Assembly: GCA_025350245.1 (NCBI GenBank)
Contig: JANXYG010000007.1
Coordinates: 1,615 to 65,614, forward strand
Length of the DNA stretch: 64,000 nucleotides
Direction: 5' to 3'
DNA from: Betaproteobacteria bacterium
Lineage (GTDB): Bacteria > Pseudomonadota > Gammaproteobacteria > Burkholderiales > Ga0077523
A program made the position numbers and the translations under genes. Below, one piece after another: positions 19,368 to 30,009 of the stretch (position 1 is its first letter; every line of letters starts with the position of its first letter). The notes below the pieces were generated by a model that worked only from the letters and a program-made list of their open reading frames with translations, did no database searches and was not told the origin of the DNA.

Positions 19368-22300
19368 ATGGCCAGCATCTTCGTTCGCAGCCCCTACGCG
19401 ATCGGTACCGACACCGACGACACCTTCGACCTGAGCGAGTGGAATCTTGCGGCACAGTTGTTCGGCGGTACCGGTAACGACAGCTATGTGCTGAACGCGC
19501 CGGATCAGCAGGTCATCGAGACCGCCGGGGCGGGCACCGATACGGTCAGGCTCGAATACGACGCCAACTACACGCTCGGCGCCAATGTCGAAAACGCGAT
19601 CCGGACGGCCGGCTCCTCGAGCACGGGACGGGTGCTCACCGGCAATACACGCAATAACGTGCTCACCGGCGATGCGCAGTTCGCCGGGGAGTTGATTGGC
19701 GGCGCCGGCGCCGACACCATGACCGGCGGCGCCGGCAACGACACCTATGGCGTCGACAACATCGGTGATCGCGTGATCGAGGCCGCGAGCAACGGGGTGG
19801 ACCTGGTGAATGCGTCGGTGAGCTTCACGCTCGGTGTCAACGTCGAGAACCTGCGGCTGTTCGGCCCGGGTACCAGCGGCACCGGCAACGCTCTGGCCAA
19901 CAGCATGATCGGCGCGAGCGGCAACGAAACCCTCTCCGGCCTCGGTGGCAACGACTCCCTGGAAGGGGGAACCGGCAACGACACCGTCCTCGGTGGCGAC
20001 GGCAACGACGAACTCGACGGTGGCACCGGCGCTGATCGGCTCGACGGCGGCGCCGGCAACGATCTGCTGGTCGGCCAGGAAGGTGCCGACACCCTGGTCG
20101 GCGGCGCCGGCGACGACAGCTACGTGCTCGACAATCTGCTCGACGCGGTGCCGGACACCGTGACCGAAGCCGCCAATGGCGGCAATGACATCGTGGCGTT
20201 CAATGCCAGCAACCCCGACACCTACATACTCCCGGCGAACGTGGAGTCGTTGTGGTTCCGGGGCGCCGCCGCTGTCGTCGGCATCGGCAATGCCAGCGGC
20301 AACCATATCCAGAGCGGGGCCGGCAACGACCGGCTCGAAGGTCTTGCGGGCAACGACGTGCTCGATGCCGGCGCGGGCAACGACACCATGATCGGCGGCA
20401 TCGGCAACGACAGTTATCACGTCGACACGGCGTTCGACGTGGTCGTCGAAGGGGTCGGCGCCGGGACCGACACCGTCTTCTCGCAGGTCAACTGGATTCT
20501 CGGCGACAACGTCGAGAACCTGGTGCTCATCGATACGCCCGACGCCCGCGTCGGCAAGGGCAACGCGCTGGCCAACAGCATCACCGGCAATTCGCTCGCC
20601 AACCGTCTCGAAGGCGGTGCCGGCAACGACGTGCTCGATGGCGGCACCGGCGCCGACCAGTTGGTGGGCGGCGACGGCAACGACACGTACTTCTTCGACA
20701 GCGGCAGCGATATCGCCGTGGAACTGTCAGGTGTCGGCAGCGGCACCGATATCGTCTTCACCAGCGCCAGCATCGTCCTCACCGACAACGTCGAGAACGT
20801 CACCCTTCAGGGCGCGCCCGGCACCAATCTGTCGGTGATCGGCAACCGGCTCGTCAACATCATCACCGGCGACGATGGCGACAACTATATCGATGGCGGT
20901 GGGGGGGCCGACCGTCTGATCGGCGGCAAGGGCGACGATGTCTACATGAACCGCAGCGGCGCCGCCGTGATCGAGGAAGCGGTCAACGCCGGCCGCGATC
21001 TGGTCTACAGCGGCACCAACTACACGCTCGGTGCCAATGTGGAAGATCTGTTCCTGCTGGCCGAAGGCGGCAACATCACCGGTACCGGCAACGCCCTCGA
21101 CAACCTGCTCCGTGGCACCAGCGGCAACAATGTCCTCGACGGGTCGGCCGGCAACGACGTGCTGTTCGGCAATGCCGGCTCCGACAATCTGAAGGGCGGG
21201 CTCGGCAACGACTATCTCGACGGCGGGCGCAACGACGACAGGCTCGATGGCGGTGCCGGCAACGACACCTACATCCTCGACAACCAGTTCGACACGGTGA
21301 TCGAACTGGCCAATGGCGGCACGGACGTCATCCGCAGTTCGGTCGATGTCGATTTGTCGGTCCTGTCCGCCAACGTCGAGAACGTCGAACTGCTCGACGG
21401 CGCGCGCAACGTGGTCGGCAACGCGCTGGGCAATTTCATCATCGGCAACAGCCGCGCCAATAATCTGGATGGCGGCGCCGGCAACGACGTGCTCGACGGC
21501 GGTGCCGGTGCCGACACGATGACCGGCGGCGCGGGCAACGACACCTTCGTCGTCGACAGTGCCGGCGATGATGTCAACGACACTGGTGTCGGCGCCGCGG
21601 GCGGGGTCGATCTGGTGCGCAGCAGTGTCACGTTCGACCTGAGTGCTGGCGCGGGCGTCGCCAACGTCGAAAACCTTCTGCTGCTCGGCAGCGGCAACGT
21701 GAACGGTACCGGCAACGCGCGCCCCAACACGCTCACCGGCAATGCCGGGAGCAATGCGCTCTTCGGTGGCGATGGCGCCGATACCGTGTTGGGGGGAGAC
21801 GGCAACGACACGCTCGACGGCGGCATCGGCAACGACAGTCTCGCGGGCGGCAAGGGCAACGACACCTACCTGGTCGATGCCCTGCTCGACAAGGTGGACG
21901 AGAAGGTCGGCGAGGGCACCGACGAGGTTCGGGTATCGATTGCCAGCGGAACGTACGTGCTTGCCGCCAACGTCGAGATCGGCACGATCGCCGCCGGGGC
22001 GGGATTGGGCACGCTCACCGGCAATGCCCTGGACAACGTGCTTACCGGCAATGCCATTGGCAATCGGCTCGAGGGCGGCGCGGGCAACGATCTGCTCAGC
22101 GGCGATGCCAATACCCCCTCCAACAATGACGTCGACACCATGGTCGGCGGCGCCGGCAACGATACCTTTATCGTCGATATCGATACCGACGTCGTGACCG
22201 AGCTTGCCGGGGGCGGCATCGATGAAATCATCTACTACGGCGGCAACGGCGGCTACAGCCTGAATACCCGCCCCGAGATCGAAAATCTCACGATCCGCTC

Positions 22301-24212
22301 GTCCGAAAGCGGGATCATCGTCGGTAACGACAAGGACAACGTGATCCGCGAGGAATCAGGCGCATCCGGCACGACCTATCAGGGCGGGCTGGGCAACGAC
22401 ACCATCATCCTGGCGTCCGCGAGAAACGCGAACGTCGACGGTGGCGCGGGCACAGCCGACCGGTTCGAGACCACGACGGCGAGCGGCACGTCGGTGCTCA
22501 ACATCGGCAACGTCGAAGCGATCGCCATCCGCATCGCGACAGCGGCGTCGACGCTGAGCTTCGCCGGCAGCACCGAGTCCACCACCGGCGGTACCACCCT
22601 GACCTTCACCGGTGGCGCCGGCGCCGGTGGTGTCGTCGCCAACAATTTGGCGGTCGACTTCAACGACATCACCATTGCCGATACCTCGCGCGATGTCACC
22701 CTCGACTATGCTGGCGCGGCGACCGTTTCGACACTGCACCTCACCCTGAGCAACGCCGGTTTCATCGACCCGCTCGATCCGACCAGCGTCGAAGTCGTGA
22801 CTCTCAACGACGCCGTCACCGATCTGCAATTGCGCAGCACCGGCAGCGCGGAGAACATCGCCAGTCTGGCGGGCACCACCCCGGGCTCGGTCACGATCTC
22901 GGGCGACGCCTCCCTGGCATTGCTCGGGCTCGCCGGGGGTGCCATCTTCAGCACCAACGGCTTCAGCGGCGAATCGCTCACGCTGCTGCTGGCCGATCCC
23001 AGCGGGGGAGCCGATACGCTCGATCTGGTCGTCGGCAACGGCGGTGCGTCGGCGGTGAATCCATCGAGCTTCACGCTGGCGCTCGACAGCGGGCCGGGCA
23101 CCAGCCTGGAGACCCTCAACCTCACGGCCGCCGACGCGATCGCCACCAGCCTGGTGCGGCTCGATGCCGACTACACCGATCTCACGGTGGTCCTGCACGG
23201 CACCGGCAACTCGAGTCTGAACCTTCAGACCGGCGATCTGCTCGCGATCGATGTCAACGACCTGGCCGGCGATCTGCAACTCACCACGGAGACCACCACC
23301 GGTGGCGGCGTGATCTTCAACGACACCGCCAACAAGGACGATCCCGGCGCCGTCGGCTATGGCATTACCCAGGGGGTGTTCCAGTTGCGCTTCGGTGGCG
23401 GCAACGACACCCTGAATTTCGGCAACAACCTCAACGAGAGGGTGTCGATCGACGGCGGCACCGCCGTCGGCGACAACGACGTGCTCAATGCCGACATCTC
23501 CACCCTGTTGCCGATCGACGGCGCGCCGATGATCAGCAACGTCGAGACCATCAATCTCACCATCGTGGCCGGCGCCACCGGCAACTTCGATGGTTCGCTG
23601 GTGCGCGACGCCGCCGCCGGCGGCACGGTGATCAACGTGAGTGGCGGCAACGGCAGCTCGGTGGTCACCCTGGACGAGATGAACGTCGGACTGGTCAATG
23701 GTTCGTCGTTCACCGGCACGCTCAACGTGTTCGCGCGCGATCCGCTCGGCGCCGGTGAGCTGACCGGCGGCACCACGCTGGTGGGGGGCGCAGGCAACGA
23801 TCAGTTACGCGGCGCCGGCAGCAACGACACCCTGGTGGGCAACGCCGGCAACGACACGCTGGCCGGCGGCGGTGGCGACGATGTCTTCGTGTTCACGGCG
23901 TCCAGTCTCGCGGCGCTCGGCGTGGAGACGATCACCGACTTCGCGACCGGAGGCGACACGGTCAAGCTCGACCTGGCGCTGTTCAACGATCTCGGGTCGG
24001 GCGTGGTCAGTGCCGGTCAGTTGTTGTTCTCGGCAACGGTGCCCGTGGCGGGCGCGGGCAACGACGGCAAGCTGGTCTACGTCAACGCCGGTGCCGACTG
24101 GGGCAAGCTCTACTACAACCCGGCGGGTGTCGCGGACATCGCGCAGATCGCCGAGCTCGGCGGCGGAACCACGCTCACGGCGGCCGACATCACTGTTGCC
24201 GTCATCGTGTAA
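19368..24212 (+). CDS. giant RTX-type (hemolysin-type calcium-binding repeat) protein, predicted T1SS substrate, paralog 1
   Basis: ATG 19368 preceded by AAGGAGA. Many GGxGNDxL nonapeptide repeats interleaved with Y.VD...D.V.E...G.D.V...NVENL modules. C-terminus GGDDVFVF...ITDFATGGDTVKLDL...KLYYNPAG...LTAADITV resembles the T1SS C-terminal target domain. Confidence 0.85.
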   Translation: MASIFVRSPYAIGTDTDDTFDLSEWNLAAQLFGGTGNDSYVLNAPDQQVIETAGAGTDTVRLEYDANYTLGANVENAIRTAGSSSTGRVLTGNTRNNVLTGDAQFAGELIGGAGADTMTGGAGNDTYGVDNIGDRVIEAASNGVDLVNASVSFTLGVNVENLRLFGPGTSGTGNALANSMIGASGNETLSGLGGNDSLEGGTGNDTVLGGDGNDELDGGTGADRLDGGAGNDLLVGQEGADTLVGGAGDDSYVLDNLLDAVPDTVTEAANGGNDIVAFNASNPDTYILPANVESLWFRGAAAVVGIGNASGNHIQSGAGNDRLEGLAGNDVLDAGAGNDTMIGGIGNDSYHVDTAFDVVVEGVGAGTDTVFSQVNWILGDNVENLVLIDTPDARVGKGNALANSITGNSLANRLEGGAGNDVLDGGTGADQLVGGDGNDTYFFDSGSDIAVELSGVGSGTDIVFTSASIVLTDNVENVTLQGAPGTNLSVIGNRLVNIITGDDGDNYIDGGGGADRLIGGKGDDVYMNRSGAAVIEEAVNAGRDLVYSGTNYTLGANVEDLFLLAEGGNITGTGNALDNLLRGTSGNNVLDGSAGNDVLFGNAGSDNLKGGLGNDYLDGGRNDDRLDGGAGNDTYILDNQFDTVIELANGGTDVIRSSVDVDLSVLSANVENVELLDGARNVVGNALGNFIIGNSRANNLDGGAGNDVLDGGAGADTMTGGAGNDTFVVDSAGDDVNDTGVGAAGGVDLVRSSVTFDLSAGAGVANVENLLLLGSGNVNGTGNARPNTLTGNAGSNALFGGDGADTVLGGDGNDTLDGGIGNDSLAGGKGNDTYLVDALLDKVDEKVGEGTDEVRVSIASGTYVLAANVEIGTIAAGAGLGTLTGNALDNVLTGNAIGNRLEGGAGNDLLSGDANTPSNNDVDTMVGGAGNDTFIVDIDTDVVTELAGGGIDEIIYYGGNGGYSLNTRPEIENLTIRSSESGIIVGNDKDNVIREESGASGTTYQGGLGNDTIILASARNANVDGGAGTADRFETTTASGTSVLNIGNVEAIAIRIATAASTLSFAGSTESTTGGTTLTFTGGAGAGGVVANNLAVDFNDITIADTSRDVTLDYAGAATVSTLHLTLSNAGFIDPLDPTSVEVVTLNDAVTDLQLRSTGSAENIASLAGTTPGSVTISGDASLALLGLAGGAIFSTNGFSGESLTLLLADPSGGADTLDLVVGNGGASAVNPSSFTLALDSGPGTSLETLNLTAADAIATSLVRLDADYTDLTVVLHGTGNSSLNLQTGDLLAIDVNDLAGDLQLTTETTTGGGVIFNDTANKDDPGAVGYGITQGVFQLRFGGGNDTLNFGNNLNERVSIDGGTAVGDNDVLNADISTLLPIDGAPMISNVETINLTIVAGATGNFDGSLVRDAAAGGTVINVSGGNGSSVVTLDEMNVGLVNGSSFTGTLNVFARDPLGAGELTGGTTLVGGAGNDQLRGAGSNDTLVGNAGNDTLAGGGGDDVFVFTASSLAALGVETITDFATGGDTVKLDLALFNDLGSGVVSAGQLLFSATVPVAGAGNDGKLVYVNAGADWGKLYYNPAGVADIAQIAELGGGTTLTAADITVAVIV

Positions 24213-24246
24213 CACGACACTGCAACCCTCGACTACCTGAACGAAC

Positions 24247-24277
24247 ACGGGGCGCCAGCGACGGGCCCCGTTTTCTT
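24247..24277 (+). terminator. rho-independent terminator-like hairpin after RTX paralog 1
   Basis: CGGGGC (24248-24253) pairs with GCCCCG (24265-24270), followed by TTTTCTT. Confidence 0.55.
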
Positions 24278-24371
24278 GGGCAACACTTCGCGAGCGGACG
24301 GTCCGCCCGCGGATTCACCGGTGAAGGCACATGGCGCGGCTTCACGGACATAGATCAACAGGAGCGACATC

Positions 24372-27300
24372 ATGGCCACCACCCGCATCGGCACCTTCGG
24401 CAACGACACCATCATCGGCGCCGTCAGCGGCGACACCCTCATCGGCTTCAGTGGCGATGACGTCTACGACCTCGGGGTCCTCACCTCAGGCAGTTTCTTC
24501 ATCGTCGAAGATGCCGGTGGCGGACACGACGCCGTCAAGGTCGCGTTCACCTTCACCTTGCCGGACAACGTCGAGGATCTGTTCCTCACCACGCTGACCG
24601 GCGGCCCCAACAATTTCAACGGCATCGGCAACGCGCTCGACAACCACATCGTCGGCAACATCGGCGACAACCAGCTCGATGGCGGCACCGGCAAGGACAC
24701 GCTCGAAGGCGGGCTGGGCAACGACATTTTCGTGGTCGACAACCTCGGCGACAAGACCATCGAGAACGCGGGCGAGGGCACCGATCGCGTCACCGCCAGC
24801 GTCACCTGGACGCTCGGCGCCAACATCGAGAACCTCACGCTGTCGGGCGGGCTCGCGATCAACGGCACCGGCAACGAGCTCGACAACCTCATCGTCGGCA
24901 ACGGCGCCGCTAATATCATCAATGCGCTGCTCGGCAACGATATCGTCTCGGCCGGGTCCGGCAACGACACCGTCGACGGCGGCGCGGGCAACGACTTGCT
25001 CGCCGGCCAGGCGGGCGATGACCGGATTCTGGGTGGATTTGGTAACGACACCCTCGACGGTGGCGCGGGCAATAACCAGTTGATCGGCGGCCTCGGCGAT
25101 GACCGCTATGTCGTGCTCAACGTCAACGGCGGCACCGACACCATCGTCGAGACGGCCAACGGCGGCAACGACACCGTCAGCACCGACCGCTCGGTGTTCA
25201 CGCTGCCCAACTTCGTCGAGAACCTGATCACCACGCTCACGACCGGCGCCACGCTGGTGGGTAACGCTCTCGACAATGCCATCACCGGTGCGAGCGGTGC
25301 CGACAACCTGTTCGGCGGCGCGGGCAACGACCTGCTCGACGGCAAGGGCGGGGGCGACACGATGACCGGCGGTACCGGCGACGACTTCTACCTCGTCGAG
25401 CAGGCCGGCGACTTGGTGGTGGAGCAGGCGAACGGCGGCAACGATCAAGTGTTCGTGAACGTCAACGACGCGGGCGCGGGCTTCCTCTACATCGCCACCG
25501 CGGAGGTCGAACGCATCACCCTGGCGCAGGGCTCGAGCACGACCAAGGTGCGCGGCAACGCTTCCGACAACATCATCATCGGCAACGCCGCCGACAACAC
25601 ACTCGAAGGCCAGGGCGGCAACGACCGGCTCGACGGCGGCGCCGGCAACGACACGCTCACCGGCGGCACCGGGAGCGACACGTATCTGCTGGATACGGTG
25701 AGCGATGTGGTGATCGAGGGCGCAAGCGCCGCCAACGAGAGAGACCTGGTCTTGTTCGCCGGCAGCGGCACCTACACGCTGACGACCAACGTCGAAGACG
25801 GCACCCTGACCGGCACCGGCAGCAGCCTCACCGGCAACACGCTGGGCAACATGCTCACCGGCAACGCGCTCAGCAACCTGCTCGATGGCGGTACCGGCAT
25901 CGACACGCTCGTTGGTGGCCTGGGCAACGACACCTACGTGGTGGACAACCTCAACGACCGCGTCACCGAGGGCCTCGGCGGCGGGATCGATCTGGTGCGC
26001 TCCAGCGCTGGTGGGAGCCCGTACATCCTCGGCGCCAACGTCGAGAATCTCGAGCTGCTGACGGCGGCCGGCGCCGTCAACGGCACCGGCAATGCGCTCG
26101 ACAACAGCATGACCGGCAACAGCAGCAACAACCTGCTCGACGGTGGCGCCGGCAGCGACCTGCTCATCGGGGGGGCGGGCAACGACACCTTGTTGGGCGG
26201 TACCGGCAACGATTCGATGGATGGCGGCACCGGCAATGACAGCATGCGCGGCGGCACCGGCAATGACACCTACACCGTCGACAGCGCGAGCGACATCGTT
26301 GTCGAGCTTGCCGGGCAGGGCACCGACGAGATCGACACGAGCATTGCCATCGACCTGACCCTTAATGCCGGGCTTGCCGGTATTGATCATGTCGTTCTGG
26401 CCAATGTTGCCGGCACGCCAACCAATGTCGATCCTCCAGTCAACCTGAAGGGCAATGCGCTCGACAACATTCTCGTCGGCAACAACCAGCGCAACGAGAT
26501 CCAGGGCGGCGCCGGCAACGATCTGCTGTGGTCCGACGCGCCCGGCAGCAGCGACGCCTTGGCCGACACGCTCATCGGCGGGGTCGGTAACGACCGCTAT
26601 GTTGTCAGCAATGACGCCGACGTCGTCACCGAGCTGGCCAACCAGGGAACCGATGTGGTCTTCAGCCGCACCGCCAACTTCACGCTGCCGGCCAATGTCG
26701 AACATCTCGAGATGCAGTTCGCCGCCGGCCCGAGCACGGGCACGGGCAACGAACTGGCCAACGTCATTGCCGGCAGCAGCTTCGACAACATCATCAACGG
26801 CCTCGCCGGTAATGATCGCCTGCTTGGCCTCGGCGGCAACGATTCGCTCACCGGCGGCACCGGCACCGACACGCTGGAAGGTGGCATCGGCAACGACACC
26901 TACAAGATCGACAGCCTCGCCGATGTGGTCATCGAAGCCGCCAACAGCGGTACCGATCTGGTGCAACTGGACGTCAACTTTGCCGCCAACACGCTCTACG
27001 ATCTGACCGCGAAGCACCTCGTGGCGGTCGAGAACGTTACGGTGCTGGGCGACCACGGCCTTCGCATCAACGGCAATCTGCTTGCCAATGTGATCAATGG
27101 CAGCAACGTCGGCAACGACGTCCTCAACGGCAAGGCCGGGAACGACCAGTTGTTCGGCAATGGCGGCAACGACACCCTGATCGGCGGGGACGGCAACGAT
27201 CTGCTCGACGGCGGTGCTGGCAACGACAGCATGAGCGGTGGGGCCGGCAACGATACCTACCGGGTGGACAGCAGCACCGATGTAGTCACCGAGGCGGCCA

Positions 27301-29591
27301 ACGGCGGTATCGATACGGTGGTACTGCAGTTGACCGGGCCTACGGTGCCGCCACAGTTCGTGCTCGGCGCCAATTTCGAGAACATCTCCATCGATGTGAG
27401 CAACAGCGACGCCGTCATCTACAACGTGACCGCCAACAATCTCGCCAACGCGATCGCGATCGATGCCGATGCCATCGCCGGCAGCACGCTGCATGCCCTT
27501 GGCGGCAACGACACGGTCACGGCCGCCAGACTCATCGGCGATCTGGACGGCGGCGACGGCACCGACTCGCTCGATGCAACGGTGCTGGTGGGCACGGCGA
27601 CTGGCAGCCTCACCGACTTCGAGGCGATCACGCTGCGCGGCAGCGGGGCAGGGGACGCCATCTTCACTGGGGCGATCACCGCCCCGACCACGCTGACCGT
27701 GACCGGGCTGTCGAACATCAGCGTCGCCGGCCTCGCGTATTCCGCGGGCACGACGGTGCAGCTCAACAACTTCGGCGCCACGCTCACCAGCATTGCGGTC
27801 GTGCCGCCTGCAGCGACGCTGACACTCGGGCTCACGGGCGCCAACACTGGCGCTGACCTACTCAACGTCGCTCTGAATGGGACTGATGCGGCGTTGGTCG
27901 ATACCGACCTCGGTGGTGCAATCGAGAAACTCGCCCTCCAGAGCGCCAGCGGCGTTAACGCTGTCGACGTGTCTGGCCTGGCCGACCTGAATGCGCTCAC
28001 CGGCCTGAGCATCACGGGCAACGCCAATGTCGTGGTCGGCGGCCTGGGCGGCAACGGGCTCGGCACCGGCGGTCTGACCGAAACGCTCGGCGTCGATCTC
28101 ACCGGCATCAGCGCCGGCGCGCTCGGACTCAACATCGCGGGTACGCTGTCCGGCGGCAACGACACCCTGACACTGCATCTGGACGGCGTGTTCATCGACG
28201 ACCTGCGCATCGGCCTGGGGGCGGAAGCGGACGTGCTTACGTTGCTCGCCGATTCTGTCGATCCATCGTTGTCGCGGGTCACGCTCTCTGGTCTCGCAGC
28301 ACCCAGCACCACCAACATCGGTGGCACTCGTGACATCGACGTGCGCGGCATCGACAGCACCACGATCAACATCACGCACACGGGCAAGGTGTCGGCGACT
28401 TTCGACGCCGGCGCTACGGTGGACGTGACCGGTGCGAGCGATGTGACGCTGACCGGTTCGGCGACGCTCGCCGACACGGTCAGCATGCACAACACGCTCA
28501 ACAACATCGACCGGATCGATCTCGGCGCCGGCAGCGGCGACGTGCTCAACGCCGATGTCGACGGGCTGGACGGCGCGACGACCGGGCGCCTGAGCATCAC
28601 CAACACCGAGATCATCAATCTCACCTTGTCCACCGGCAGCGCGTCGGTCGACGGCTTCTCGATGAGCGCCGGCACCAAGATCATCCTCGGCGCCAGCAGC
28701 GGCTCGCTCACCGTGACCAACGCGCTCGGCACCTACGACGCGACCGGCTTCTCCGGCCATCTGGTACTAAGCGGTGTGGCGCAGAGCTTCTTCGGCAACG
28801 TGATCGTGACCGCAGGGTCGGCGCAGGACGACACGCTGACCGGTTCCGGATCGTCGACCGGCGACGCCATCAGCGGCGGCGCCGGCAACGACACCATCTC
28901 GGGTCTGGCCGGCAACGACGCCCTCAACGGCAACACCGGCGACGACAGCATCGACGGCGGTGACGGCAACGATACGATCGACGCTGGCGACGGCAACGAC
29001 AGCGTGACCGGCGGCGACGGCAACGACACGATCGCGGGCGGAATCGGCAACGACACGCTGTCCGGCGGCCTGGGCAACGACTCGTTGACCGGCGGTGTCG
29101 GCGACGATTCGATCAGCGGCGGTGACGGCAACGACACCATGCTCGGTGGTGATGGCAACGACAGCATCGACGGCGGAAATGGCAACGACCGCATCGACGG
29201 CGGCCTCGGCAGCGACACCTATACCGGCGGAGCGGGTCTCGACCTCTTCGTGTTCGCAGCAGCACCGAACGGCACCGATATCGACACCGTCACCGACTTC
29301 TCGTCGGTGGACGATCTGGTGCTGCTCGACAAATCGGTGCTGGCATCGCTCGCGGCGGTGCCGACCGGTGCGCTCGGCACCGATCGGTTCTTCACCGACA
29401 CGACATTCGTGGACGTGAACACCGCTGGCGACGCGACCACCGGCGCCAACGATTTCATCAAGTACGAATCGAGCACCGGCAAGCTCTATTACGACGCCGA
29501 TGGCAACGGCGCCGGCGCGGCGGTGCAGATCGCGGTGTTCGGCGTTGGCACCCACCCGGCGCTGACGGCGGAGGATTTCACGGTGACGTGA
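24372..29591 (+). CDS. giant RTX-type calcium-binding repeat protein, predicted T1SS substrate, paralog 2
   Basis: 1739 aa with the same modular architecture. C-terminal run of GGDGNDTI-type repeats, then LDLFVF...VTDFSSVDDLVLLD...KLYYDADGNGAGAAVQIA...LTAEDFTVT. Confidence 0.85.
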   Translation: MATTRIGTFGNDTIIGAVSGDTLIGFSGDDVYDLGVLTSGSFFIVEDAGGGHDAVKVAFTFTLPDNVEDLFLTTLTGGPNNFNGIGNALDNHIVGNIGDNQLDGGTGKDTLEGGLGNDIFVVDNLGDKTIENAGEGTDRVTASVTWTLGANIENLTLSGGLAINGTGNELDNLIVGNGAANIINALLGNDIVSAGSGNDTVDGGAGNDLLAGQAGDDRILGGFGNDTLDGGAGNNQLIGGLGDDRYVVLNVNGGTDTIVETANGGNDTVSTDRSVFTLPNFVENLITTLTTGATLVGNALDNAITGASGADNLFGGAGNDLLDGKGGGDTMTGGTGDDFYLVEQAGDLVVEQANGGNDQVFVNVNDAGAGFLYIATAEVERITLAQGSSTTKVRGNASDNIIIGNAADNTLEGQGGNDRLDGGAGNDTLTGGTGSDTYLLDTVSDVVIEGASAANERDLVLFAGSGTYTLTTNVEDGTLTGTGSSLTGNTLGNMLTGNALSNLLDGGTGIDTLVGGLGNDTYVVDNLNDRVTEGLGGGIDLVRSSAGGSPYILGANVENLELLTAAGAVNGTGNALDNSMTGNSSNNLLDGGAGSDLLIGGAGNDTLLGGTGNDSMDGGTGNDSMRGGTGNDTYTVDSASDIVVELAGQGTDEIDTSIAIDLTLNAGLAGIDHVVLANVAGTPTNVDPPVNLKGNALDNILVGNNQRNEIQGGAGNDLLWSDAPGSSDALADTLIGGVGNDRYVVSNDADVVTELANQGTDVVFSRTANFTLPANVEHLEMQFAAGPSTGTGNELANVIAGSSFDNIINGLAGNDRLLGLGGNDSLTGGTGTDTLEGGIGNDTYKIDSLADVVIEAANSGTDLVQLDVNFAANTLYDLTAKHLVAVENVTVLGDHGLRINGNLLANVINGSNVGNDVLNGKAGNDQLFGNGGNDTLIGGDGNDLLDGGAGNDSMSGGAGNDTYRVDSSTDVVTEAANGGIDTVVLQLTGPTVPPQFVLGANFENISIDVSNSDAVIYNVTANNLANAIAIDADAIAGSTLHALGGNDTVTAARLIGDLDGGDGTDSLDATVLVGTATGSLTDFEAITLRGSGAGDAIFTGAITAPTTLTVTGLSNISVAGLAYSAGTTVQLNNFGATLTSIAVVPPAATLTLGLTGANTGADLLNVALNGTDAALVDTDLGGAIEKLALQSASGVNAVDVSGLADLNALTGLSITGNANVVVGGLGGNGLGTGGLTETLGVDLTGISAGALGLNIAGTLSGGNDTLTLHLDGVFIDDLRIGLGAEADVLTLLADSVDPSLSRVTLSGLAAPSTTNIGGTRDIDVRGIDSTTINITHTGKVSATFDAGATVDVTGASDVTLTGSATLADTVSMHNTLNNIDRIDLGAGSGDVLNADVDGLDGATTGRLSITNTEIINLTLSTGSASVDGFSMSAGTKIILGASSGSLTVTNALGTYDATGFSGHLVLSGVAQSFFGNVIVTAGSAQDDTLTGSGSSTGDAISGGAGNDTISGLAGNDALNGNTGDDSIDGGDGNDTIDAGDGNDSVTGGDGNDTIAGGIGNDTLSGGLGNDSLTGGVGDDSISGGDGNDTMLGGDGNDSIDGGNGNDRIDGGLGSDTYTGGAGLDLFVFAAAPNGTDIDTVTDFSSVDDLVLLDKSVLASLAAVPTGALGTDRFFTDTTFVDVNTAGDATTGANDFIKYESSTGKLYYDADGNGAGAAVQIAVFGVGTHPALTAEDFTVT

Positions 29592-29658
29592 TCGGGGCTC
29601 GACGGCATCAGGCGCTTTGATTGGCGACATCGCTCGGCGTCCCTCACCCTCGGTCCCT

Positions 29659-29889
29659 CCCGAGGGGAGAGGGAGGTCTCCTGCGCCCGAGGGGACAGGG
29701 AGGTCTGCTGCGCCCGAGGGAAGAGGGAGGTCTGCTGCGCCCGAGGGGAGAAGGAGGTCTGCTGCGCCCGAAGGGAGAGGGAGATCTGCGGTGCCTGAGG
29801 GAAGAGGGAGGTCTGCTGCGCCCGAAGGGAGAGGGAGATCTGCGGTGCCTGAGGGGAGAGGGAGGTCTGCGGTGCCTGAGGGGTTGGGG
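29659..29889. repeat. 27-bp tandem repeat array, 8 full units plus a partial unit (consensus CCCGAGGGGAGAGGGAGGTCTGCTGCG)
   Basis: Units delimited by hand at 29659, 29686, 29713, 29740, 29767, 29794, 29821 and 29848, with a partial unit from 29875. Units 5 and 7 are identical. No spacers. Confidence 0.9.
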
Positions 29890-30009
29890 ATGAGGGAAGC
29901 CCGAGCGGAGATTGCGCGGTTGTGGGCCAGTCTTGTGATTGATACAGTCATCTTGAGGCGTAGTAGCTGAATTTCATCGCTGATCAGGACGACTATCGGG
30001 GGAAGTGAC

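Noticed and set aside
24486-27494. Very long antisense ORFs opposite real genes. Examples: 24486..27494 (1002 aa), 15835..17388, 17717..19204, 19287..20420, 3179..4207, 35991..37244, 37903..39408, 42196..43863, 47253..48920, 52203..54143, 60025..60990, 61323..62903.
   Set aside because: These are typical shadow ORFs of high-GC DNA. Their translations are Arg/Ala/Gly/Asp-rich low-complexity strings with no motifs, whereas the opposite strand encodes clearly recognisable proteins.
29659-29889. 27-bp repeat array considered as a CRISPR array.
   Set aside because: The units are directly tandem with no unique spacers. There are no cas genes in the window.
29617-29970. ORFs 29617..29970 and 29621..29893 reading through the 27-bp repeats as PEGRGRSAA / RGEGGLLRP repeat proteins.
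   Set aside because: The open frames follow from the 9-codon periodicity. One frame is rich in rare codons, the other starts at TTG with no clear RBS, and no known family fits. Kept only as a caveat in the tandem-repeat finding.
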